DNA from: Tubulanus polymorphus
Lineage: Eukaryota; Animalia; Nemertea
Direction: 5' to 3'
Assembly: GCF_964204645.1 (NCBI RefSeq)
Contig: NC_134028.1
Span: forward strand, 23,184,345 to 23,248,344
Length of the DNA: 64,000 bases
The number at the start of each line of letters is the position of its first letter. Within the stretch, counting starts at the first letter, position 1. The notes beneath the pieces were generated by a model. The model was not told where the DNA came from. It saw nothing but the letters and a program-made list of their open reading frames with translations, and did no database searches. Positions 15,001 to 24,500 of the stretch are shown piece by piece. The position numbers were made by a program, and so were the translations under genes.

Positions 15001-16122
15001 AGGAGAAAGGTTTGTTCGAATGTACGATGATACACAGTTTACAGGCGTTGAGAAATGATCACGACTTACTGCTTTCAACGATGGACATATTCATTAAGGA
15101 CCAATCACTTGACATGATCGTAAGTTTGACTTCTTACAACCGGAAAATTGATCGGTTGATTCATCAATGAAATGACCCTATGTTTAATTATAGCAATTCG
15201 CGGAGCGCCAGATGAACACTGGAGTACAAGGACTTGGTAGGTTTGGTTTGGTTATGTTAAGTTTAGGTTTCTTATGCAATTCTTCGTCATACATGTTACC
15301 GTGTTTCTCATTTAAATCTATAGATATTGATACCAGTGATTCAGCCTGGTACCCGAAACAGAAAGTGCTATTCGCGCGTAGGAAGTTAGAAGGTGCAAAT
15401 CCAGGCTATATTACAAGGTAAATAATCTTTCAAATGTATGGAAGTTCTCAGAGTTAAACTGTGGCTGTTAGGTGAACATTTTCTTGAAGAAAAACTTGGC
15501 TTTGGAACTGAATTGAGTGGCCACTTAGCTGGAAGTCATGAAGAAAGTCGGGAATTTTCTTTTCTTTAGTAAAAGCCAGGGAATCGTCGGGGAATTAGGT
15601 TAAAAAGCTCAAAATCTGGGGAATGTCGAGGAAATTTGTTGAGGTTGCTAGATCACGTGTAAAACCAGACAGTTTTCGTCTGTCTTACGTAGATGACTGT
15701 GTTAATTGAATGTAATCTTAGCGGATCAAGTCAGGGAAAATGGCAAAAAGCGAGTCAAATAAGAGTGGCCATCCTGTTCGAATCTTTATATCACAGATAA
15801 TCTCTTAACATATTTCCTCCAAATCCTTATCAAAACTGTATTTAATTAACGATATTATTTTTTTATGCTGTGGAAATTGTGTGATCGCTTTTATCAACTG
15901 TCTTCATTTCATTTCAGGGACGAAATCAAACTCGGACACGCGCGAAAGAAAAAGAACATCGAAAAATTCTACAGCGTCGCGTTGGGCGACGAATCGAACG
16001 TACGTCGTAGATGTGAAGAGAGTAAATTGTCGGTAGAAGATCAGGTGGCGTGTTTAATCGATCAGGCTACTGACAGTAACATACTAGGACGTACCTACCG
16101 AGGCTGGGCACCGTTCATGTAA
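1..16122 (+). CDS. PRKDC: DNA-dependent protein kinase catalytic subunit (DNA-PKcs), 5'-truncated by the window, about 50 GT-AG exons
   Basis: Spliced exons, e.g. 1-78, 156-220, 301-403, 736-863, 952-1162, 1516-1694 ... 13441-13661, 14199-14400, 14931-15119, 15918-16122. They give [35 protein letters not shown] and VRATQ (S/T-Q clusters), [14 protein letters not shown] and [16 protein letters not shown] kinase motifs [28 protein letters not shown] and PFRLT are present, and the FATC end is [23 protein letters not shown]. Confidence 0.97.
517..705. mobile_element. MITE with about 40-bp imperfect TIRs
   Basis: GGGCGGGCGCAGAAAAACCTTGTTAGACTAACCATGGTTAGT ... ACTAACCACGGTTAGCACTAACAGGGTTTTCCTGCGCCCGCCC. 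Confidence 0.75.
1209..1447. mobile_element. MITE family A (CAGGGTGGCCAC TIR, hAT-like)
   Basis: CAGGGTGACCAC...GTGGCCACCCT with internal TCAGGGAA subrepeats and the shared tail GAAAAAGCAAGTCAAATAAAAGTGGCCACC. Confidence 0.75.
2712..2847. mobile_element. MITE family B copy (PIF/Harbinger-like)
   Basis: Shares CAAAAGTGGTCTTAAATCTTAAGACTGGTT and a TGCAAC-GGCCCC end with 28343-28467. Confidence 0.65.
3032..3223. mobile_element. MITE with a perfect 16-bp TIR
   Basis: TGATACCTTGTTTCTC ... GAGAAACAAGGTATCA. Confidence 0.7.
3341..3385 (-). ncRNA. Minimal type I hammerhead ribozyme motif in a Penelope-like remnant
   Basis: Minus strand reads AUAC-CUGACGA-U-GAUCUC-uagggu-GAGAUC-GAAA-CG-UC-GUGU: intact core, 6-bp stem II, palindromic ACGU stem III and 4-bp stem I. 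Confidence 0.6.
6350..6486. mobile_element. pogo/Tigger-like MITE
   Basis: TACAGTAAAACCTC ... GAGGTTTACTGTA: TA-flanked CAGT termini. Confidence 0.6.
8078..8263. mobile_element. Fold-back (hairpin) MITE
   Basis: About 70-bp imperfect arms ATCCCACACT..GATGAAGTCCG..CCTTTGAGCTAAT / ATTAGCATAAGGG..CGGACTTCATC..AGTGTGGGAT; related copy at 28481-28812. Confidence 0.65.
8776..8908. mobile_element. MITE family B copy (reverse orientation)
   Basis: CATGGCTTAGATTTAGACCAGTCTAAGACCATCTTAGTTC ... GGGCCC. Confidence 0.6.
10295..10445. repeat. Dispersed repeat family D (also about 24788-24920 and 30743-30900)
   Basis: Shared CTACTA.TTGAGAG.AGT and AACTA..TTT.TG.TGTCAAATT..GGTGAA.ACT blocks. Confidence 0.55.
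10951..11220. mobile_element. MITE family A-related copy
   Basis: GCCACTGACCTGGAAAAC ... AAAGTGGCCACCC; internally similar to 12038-12277 and 32222-32510. Confidence 0.65.
12038..12277. mobile_element. MITE family A-related copy
   Basis: TAGGGTGACCAATGACCTGGAAA start; GTGATTCAATGAAAAATGAAT core shared with the 10951 and 32222 copies. Confidence 0.6.
13441..15119 (+). CDS. PRKDC: PRKDC PI3K-like kinase domain exons
   Basis: [49 protein letters not shown] and [11 protein letters not shown] are spread over GT-AG exons. Confidence 0.95.
14478..14671. mobile_element. MITE family A copy
   Basis: TAGGGTGGTCAC ... GAAAAAGCAAGTCAAATAAAAGTGGCCACC. Confidence 0.7.
15516..15776. mobile_element. MITE family A copy
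   Basis: GAGTGGCCACTTAGCTGG ... GAGTCAAATAAGAGTGGCCATCCTG. Confidence 0.65.
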
Positions 16123-16588
16123 TTTGTTTATACGGTTTCCCCCGTTTCAATCAATATAGTTCCTCTATAGCAAATTAGTGTTGGGAATTAACTACGAGTT
16201 CAACAGTTTCGACCAACAGATACCATAAGCAGCAGTACACTTTGACTTGATCAATACCATACAAACTTATGTCTATTCTGTTGTAATTATCATCAACTGG
16301 TTTAAAATGGAAATTTTCTAAATTGGAAGATTCTGTTTAAAGTGTAATAATAGATTTTATTTTTGTTACGATATAACTGTGCGTGCGTTTTATGCACTTA
16401 TAAAGAATGTCTACAATTTAGATAAATAGCATTTATTTATTCATTGCTTTCACACATTATGACATATGTTGATTATGCAGATCTTGTAATTTTGATTTTC
16501 AATTAATACCAGGAAAATTTTGATTTGTGTACTGTAATTACTTCAACATTATCTAACTATTCACGCAATATAAATTGTAGTTTCCACA

Positions 16589-16630
16589 AATAAATCCGTT
16601 AAAATCTATGAATTTTTGTTTTCTTTCTTT
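16589..16630 (+). terminator. Probable PRKDC polyadenylation signal plus U-rich downstream element
   Basis: AATAAA at 16589-16594 followed by TTTTTGTTTTCTTTCTTT about 20-35 nt later, roughly 470 nt after the stop. Confidence 0.55.
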
Positions 16631-16799
16631 CAAGGTAATGTAGTCATTAAAACTGGTTTCGTCAAAAATTTTCTCTCCTTTTTACTTGAAACATATAGTT
16701 CATCTGATTGGAATCTAGAAGACGCGAGAATGGTTGTATTTGTTTCGTTTGTAAATAATTCTTAAAACCATGCAAATGAAATAAATTGTATTTGAAAAT

Positions 16800-17022
16800 T
16801 GGATACCCAAATAGGATACCCTGTTTTGGGTATTGTCGGAGCTACCCTAACTACCGTTTCAATCTCTGTTGCCTTTGATCGAGCATTCAACTGAACGAGA
16901 GAGGTCGACGCCATTTTGCGTCGGATTTGCTGTATTTTTCATCGACCAACTTTGGCGCGTTGATTTTTCGGGAATAAACGCTATCATGACACTATCACTT
17001 GCTTAAAGCTATCTGGATCGTG
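16800..17022 (+). promoter_or_regulatory. Probable RBBP6 promoter and non-coding first exon
   Basis: CpG-richer patch with a YY1-like CGCCATTTTG at 16909-16918. A consensus donor G|GTAAGT follows 17022, and a matching acceptor TTTCAG| at 18347 opens the ATG exon. Confidence 0.55.
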
Positions 17023-17534
17023 GTAAGTGTTTAAAACATTGAATTTTTGTCTGGATAATACCAGGTATATTCTGTATAAAATCCTTCAACCGACATGCAC
17101 TATTGTGTTCTTTGACTTACGATTTTTTGACTGGTTTTTGTTTGTTGAATGAATGAGAGGAACGACGAATGGCTGAAACTCGACTGACTTTATTACGGCC
17201 ACTCGTTTTATAAAATGCACTTACTGCTGGAAGTGAGGTTTTTTGTAAAAAATGATGTTGAAATCTTGTCATAGAAAGAGAGGTGTCTAATGAGATTTTA
17301 TGTCGAACCAGGGCGAGTCTATAATTTTAATTGGATCTGATGATAGTTACCATCCTTTTGTTCTCATTGATGATAATGTAAATGGAGAATGACGATGATT
17401 TTCATTTAGTCTCTCTTCCTACTACAGATTCAAATACTGAGCAGCTTGCCTTTAAATCGATTGTTAAAGTATTGTTTATTTCTCAAATATATCTCCATAT
17501 GGAACCCAAGATTACTGCTATTTGATAAGAATGA

Positions 17535-17847
17535 CATGGTTCCCACAGAAATTGGGAAAAACTTGGCAATTCTGAGATAATAATCCCCGGTTTGGAAATA
17601 TTTGGGAATTTGAAAAATTTTCCTCGAATCGGGGAAATATTTGGGAAATTCATTACATTTCACATAATTGCATTTGCCGAGGGTAACTTTTCTCGGCGAT
17701 TTCTCTTGAAAAGTACCTTTCAACCAGTCACCACTAAAATGTTGACTAGCATGATGATATGTGTTCATTTGCATTTGGGAAAATTGAAAAATCACCCATA
17801 CTTGGGAAAAACTTGAATTTTGAATTCTAATAACTGCGGGAACCATG
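17535..17847. mobile_element. hAT-like MITE
   Basis: CATGGTTCCCACAG ... CTGCGGGAACCATG TIRs with TTGGGAA subrepeats; flanks GAATGA/AAATGA resemble a TSD. Confidence 0.65.
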
Positions 17848-18029
17848 AAATGATATATGTAAAATAGATAAGAATACTAGGTGCAGGATTAATAGTTATT
17901 GGTGTAATATGTATATTTTCATAATAACAATGCAATAAGATGAATTGAAAATTAAGGCCTAATTTAATTTTTTGCTGACTCTGCATTATCATAACAGTAC
18001 CATACCACTGTGCCTGCTAAATCATTCAT

Positions 18030-18160
18030 GGTTCAGTCGCTCAAAAGTTGGTTAGAGTAAACCAGTGGTGGATAAATGTCATATATTTTTCATTATTGTT
18101 ACCAAGGAATGGTAATTGTCCACACGCCAGTTAACTAACCAACTTTTGAGCAACTGGCCC
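18030..18160. mobile_element. Harbinger-like MITE
   Basis: CAGTCGCTCAAAAGTTGGTTAG ... CTAACCAACTTTTGAGCAACTG inverted arms. Confidence 0.65.
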
Positions 18161-18549
18161 CTGAATGGCTTATACATAATGCGCGACTTAGGAAAATATG
18201 GCTGATAAGAACAGTATTTGAACCTGGCCCGACATATTGTCGGGCCACTAGACCACCGAGGCTCATTGCAAACCACTGAAAGTTTAAACTATAGCACTGA
18301 ACCTAAACAAATCCTTACTTTACCCTCTCGGCTATCTTCTATTTCAGGTTCAGAGTTGTTTTAGATTTGTGTCGTGTTTAATTGGTGCACATTGACTGCC
18401 GTTGAGTCCGCTGAGATAAGAACTGCAACTATCGAATCATCCGTGCGTGTTCCATTCGCTTGTTGACAATTGACAATATCGTAGTCGTACATCGGTGATA
18501 ACGCTAAAACTCAGTTCCGTTCACGAGTCCGTGGTCTCGTCGCGGTGCC

Positions 18550-21500
18550 ATGTCCTACATTTACTACAAATTCAAAAGCAGCATCGATTATGACACGATC
18601 ACGTTCGACGGAGTGAACATATCTCTCGCCGACTTCAAAAAGGCGATCATTCACAAGAAGCGGCTCGGTAAGAGTCAGGCCGAATTCGATCTACAAGTGA
18701 AAAATGCGCAAACCGGAATCGGTAAGATTTACATGTACTTCAATTCACCCTAGATCTGAAGATATTAGGGTTCTTACATAATCAGGGAAATCGTGGAATT
18801 CCTGATTCATTTTTTTTCGGCAGAGAAAAATGGGGAATTCGGTCTTTCGTTGAGAATCGGGAAATATGAATTTTTGCGTGTCCTTTCATACTTGTTGGTG
18901 ACGAGTGGCACAAAGGAACAGACCCTAGTGAAGATATCTTATAATAAAATTGGGGAATTTCTCAATGGTTCAGGGAAATATCTGACCTGTATGAACTTCG
19001 AAACAAGTTTTGTTTAAATGTTAATGTTTTTAAAATCATTTTTCAGAATACGCGAGTAATGACCTACTTCCGAAGAATGCTTCCGTTATCATATCCAGAG
19101 TTCCATTAAGTCTTAAGTCTTGGTGAGTTTTCAATTAAAAAAACTGCAACAGTATTCAGGCTAATGCTTGCGAAGGTGAATGAAAAATCCTGCACGGATT
19201 GGGAAAGTCAATTTACATCTTTTTTTGAGGCTCGTCATTTTAACGTCTGGATTGGTGGAGCACCTATTCATAGCCTTCAAAGTTGATCGAAAATTAACCA
19301 ACTTGCTGCTAAGTGAATAGATTGAAACTAGAAATGTAGAGTAGATTTAATCTACTCTACATTTCTAATTTCAATGGTACTGGTACTGTTATATGTATCT
19401 AGGTTTTCGACGTGAAAAATGACCCTCAAATTTGGTGATCATACCCTTAAAAACCCCTCAAATACCCCTCAAATTTCATATCGATGGTTCTGTAGGAACC
19501 ATGGATTAGAATTAGATTAGAAGTAATTTTGACTGTGGGTGCTACCATTTGACGCAAGAAAGCCGCATATTATTAGAATGTCGGGAGGTGCGCGATTAGG
19601 CTCAACTTGATGAATTTGTCGTTTCAGGGATCCGATCGTAGCTCCGATAAAAGAAGACGGCAACAGTCCACATAGCAGCGTATGTAGTTATAATATTAAA
19701 TATTCGCGTGGTTGTAAGTAGCGATCGGTCGGAATGAGCTCATGTCGAGGACCGATGCTCCGTATAGTATCGTTGTTCTCCGTGTTGCTGTCGGTCACAA
19801 CGACGTCTCCTCTAATTTTAAAAAATAATCGATCTCGATAATTGGTGATTTGAAAGTCTCTTTATTATTTGTCGGTTGTATTTGTAATCGAGTGATAAGA
19901 AATGATAACGTGATTTTGATATATATATATATATATATATATAAGTATCTGTGATGATGGTGATGTTAGTTCTGGTGTGTGGTTTCTAGCTTCATGAAAA
20001 CAACTGTTTTGAATATGTAGCGATAGGGATGGATGCTCCGTTGATTTGTTTCGATGGATCGTATTTTTATGCGATATTCGAAGCTCTTTTTCGGCGTAAC
20101 TCGGCGTTCTTTTTCAGGCGTACATTTTTTCCTGCACTGCCATTTTTTAGGAAAATCGTTTTTCGCATTTTTAAACACTTTTTGTAGCGCTAGATTTTTG
20201 CTCTGTTATGCATGTACATGTTTCTTGACATGTTTTGGAAAAATGTTTTTTTCGTTATTGAGAGAAATAAATGATTGTTGTGGAATTCCCGTCTTGTCCT
20301 TGGTTGTGGCGAGACCGCTGCTAGTCAAATGGTTTTGTGCGAACTGGTCAGAAGATTTGAACGCCTGTCCTACGCAGAGGCTGCTAGAAGGATTGATTAC
20401 TTATTGAATTGCTTCATTTCTTCTCTTTAAGATGTCGGAATTCTAAGCCTTTCCTACTAAAATCCCACTAGAAAAGCTCGGAAATATAATTGATTCATTA
20501 CAACAGTGATTCTTGAATTCCTACAAGGGCGTCGGGTAATACTGGCAATACGGTTTCGGTTCCTACATGCTAGGTTCCCCGCAAAACGACACGGAAATAT
20601 CGGGCAGAACAAATAACTGGGCTCCTTCAAGAAGTATTTTCGGGTTTATAGCGAGTCAACAAAGTAAAAAGAGCTTACTTATGAAAAAATTTCATAAGGT
20701 TCTTGGTAAGCGCTTACTTATGGCAAAAATTTGATAAGGAGCTTATAAAGTGCTTACTTATGCAATCAAAAAGCATTTACTTTGCCTCGGCCTTAAGTAC
20801 TACTACAAACCTTCATTTATTGATAAAATGAGCATTTTCATTTTGGAATGGCAGTTTGAAAAATTGATACAATTAAATTTTAAATGATTGGATATCTAAG
20901 ACATAAACAATGAACATTCAAACCGGTGACCCTAAAATACCCCTGTAATCCTATTGTCTGGCAATCAACCGATACACGGAATATTTGTTCAGAAGATTAC
21001 GTTAATTTAGGTGAGATACGTTCTACCTGCATGGAGTATGAATACAACAGACTTCCTGCAACAGCTATTGGATTTACGTACACGAGAACTCACCATAAAA
21101 ACACTCGAGAGGAAGGCGGGTAAGGGTGTACACTACGTGAAGATTCATCTACATTCATTGTAAAAGACTCAATATTATGTACACTTAGATACAACAAATC
21201 AATGGCAGTGCAGGGTTCATTTTAGAATCAACTGTGTTGATCCTTATAGAATGGTTCTGAGAGTAACTTTCTGTTAGCTCTTGGTGGCACAAATTGTAAC
21301 CACAGGATATAAACAGCTGATATTTTGTCATTAGGAGGGAAATAGGTGGTGGAATTGATATGGCAAGTTTCAAGCCATTTGGATGTGCTGGGAGAGAATG
21401 TGCATAATTTCAATAAATTTTTCCTTCATTCTACTAATCGATGCTTGCCCTAGTTTCATAACATCACAGGGAAAGCCCTTCACAAGGCATCACTTGGAAA

Positions 21501-24500
21501 TCCCTCCAGAAGGGCTTTTCCAATGACATTATCAAGAACTGTTTTCTACCATGTACTTGTAACTCATAGGGAAAACACATGCCATGTATATCATCAAAGT
21601 TGAACATGCTTGGCTACAAAGTGCACCATGATTTCATCTTTATTGGCTGTTTATACGTTATTGCAAATCCTAGAACAAATCGATTTTGGTGCTCAATACT
21701 TGAATGTACTCAGTTGATCCTACTGGACCCATGGTCCTTTATAGAATTGTCTCTTCGAAATTCATTTGAATGTGCAAAGCCTAGTGTATGTTTAAAGGTC
21801 ATCCAAAATATTAAATTTGATTGCCAATGAATTTTCTTATTTCATGCTATTATCATTTATTTAAAAAAATGCTGGGAACGTGTCTTTCGAAAAATGCTGA
21901 ATTGTACTGACTGCTACAAGCCCTGAATCGCTGAACAATTTCCTCATTCTATGAGTAACTTTAGAGAAATCAATCAAGATCAGTAGAACTTTTTCTCTCT
22001 GGTTCAATGATGAAATATGCGTAGCTTTATTTTTTTTTGAGTTGATGACTTTTGCCTAACTGTTGTGACATTAATAAAAAATGTATCAACTAGATATTAC
22101 AATTCTCGCTAAGGTTGAATATAAAAGTAAATATTGTCTTGGGGGCAATTTGTACAACATAGTAAGCTTTTCATGCTTGACTGGTAGACTGATTATAATT
22201 AATGAGTTAATGAGCAAAACCCACAGTTGATGATTTAACAATTTAGTATCTAATGGTTTCAAAGGTACCACTAAACTTCATTAGAGAAATGAAAATAACA
22301 TACTAATAATGATGATATGTAAATATACCACTTAGAAGGTTTTCATGCTGTCTGTGACTTAATATGATCTTAGTATGTTATAGGTGATGTGATTAGCTAA
22401 TTAACAGAAAAACATGTATTTGTGATAATATTGTTGGAAAATGTTTTTTATGCCCTATGCTTGACTTAATCTGCCGATTTCTTAAAATTCTTTCTTGAAT
22501 TGTATAAATGAAAACATGTGATTTTATGGGCTAAAATCCAATTGTTAAATTGTTTAGAATAATTAGAAATTGTCGTGTTATTTGTACATACAGTTAGTTA
22601 AGTCTATATTTATTAATTTCAAGTATTTGATACTTTAAAGTGTATTTAAATCAACTTGATTACTGAGTCGTACAAACATTTGATTATGTAGTATTTTACA
22701 TGTATTTTGATGATTCCTCGTCTGATCACTTGTTAGTGTAGAATTGTAGTTGACACTCGTAATAAACTATTTTATGATTAACGTAATCACAGAATGAAAA
22801 ATACATGTATTATTAATTTTTGGTTTTTTTAGAAACTTGTGAGATTGTAATTGATTTGGAATGATAACTCTTGGCGTAGGTCGGTCTTGCGGCTGCTAGT
22901 GACTCTACAACGGAGTCGTAAAGACTTGTCCTGCATTCTCTAGCCCATTTTTGTATCATATAAGAAATTTTGCAGTTATTTTGTTAACTAATATCGAGAT
23001 CCCCTCGGTGAATGCCTCTATCGAATATCTAGATATTTGCTGATTTATTAAAGATAATTTCGATGATTTTCGCATAGGAGTCAACTTAGAAATAGCTATT
23101 TTAGGCACTCACTAGAGGAGGTCTGTAATTAGTCCAGTGATGAGGGATGTTATTATTGTGATATATGTATGTTTATGGACTGTGGACTCTGCATTGTTTA
23201 CTACATGAATTTGGGATGTGCAAAATTATACAAAAATGTTCAAAGTTTCTTTCAAAGAAAAAAGTTTGCCAGGTTAGAGCCAGTTTGTAGCACAGTTTTG
23301 GCTAAGTAACCAGTTTCGAAACTCCTTCCTTCCAAATCCATAAACAAGTAAAGCTGGAAGATTTTAAGATTCTGAATTAATCACATTAACTGTTTTCGTG
23401 ATATTGTGTTTAAAACTTGTATAAGTATAAGATAGTTATATATTTCATTTTTCCTGGCTTCGTGCCCCTGTCTACCAACTTGATTTAGCATGTAGTTACA
23501 TATAATCATGTTATGGCACTTTTATTCTCAACTTAATAAAATGTATGCCATGTTTCTAGGGTTTTTCAATTGTAATTCCATTGTTTCTAGAGAACTAGTG
23601 AATATTATTGTATTCTACATACTGCCAGTCGTTGAAAGGGGTGTGTTTAATTTTTTGTTTCGTTTACATACTTTGATATAGATGGCTGCAGATCAACGAT
23701 TGACTTTTGAACAACTGCGTAAGGTACATACAATTAAACATTTTTTGATTTTGTTCCCTGTGTGCACAATTACCGGTAGTTTAATAAATCGATCACATAT
23801 TTGCAGGGTGGCCACTTGGAAAACCGAAAAGTCGGGGAATTTTCTTTTCTTTAAAAAAGTCTAGGAATAGTCAGGGAATTTTGAGATTGCTAGTTTCCGG
23901 CTATGTCTAATGTATTTAACCGTATTAATCGATCGGATAATTATATCAGGGAAAAGTCAGGAAAAAAGCAAGTCAAATAAAAGTGGCCACCCTGATCTGG
24001 TAGTGTGCCTTTTCATCATCCTTTTGTTCGTGGTTATTGTTCGAGGGTGGTTAAGATCTTGATGTCGAAATCGTGATGTCATTCTATTTCAGACTGCTGA
24101 TCTCGCCGGAGCTAACGCGTCGGAGGATGATAAAATTCGCGCCATGATGTCCCAGTCGACTCGAGATTACGACCCGTCAAAGTAAGCGCTGCAGCTCGAA
24201 TATCCCTCTACCCTCGATTATCTGCGCTCCGTTTATCCGCCACCCTCACCGTCTACCAAGAAAAGTAGTCGTACTGATTTATGCGACATCATTTGTGGTC
24301 GATTATCGGACCATCATGTGTCCCAAATCATGATAATTACCTGTTATTATCTGCATATTTTTGTGCGAAGTAAACGATGTGAGACTGTATGAAATAAATA
24401 CGAAGTTTATAAGGGTTCAGTTTGATAGAACTGAGTAATAACTGCATTGAATAGTTGTAGTGAAGTTTCGTTTATTAGTGAAAATGTTGAATTTCTGCCC

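Noticed and set aside
17430-17992. Overlapping 66-138 aa ORFs in RBBP6 intron 1
   Set aside because: They coincide with a MITE and show no transposase or other protein motifs
20670-20765. Regularly spaced repeats resembling CRISPR
   Set aside because: Eukaryotic intron, only 2.5 units, inter-repeat sequence is also similar, and there are no cas genes
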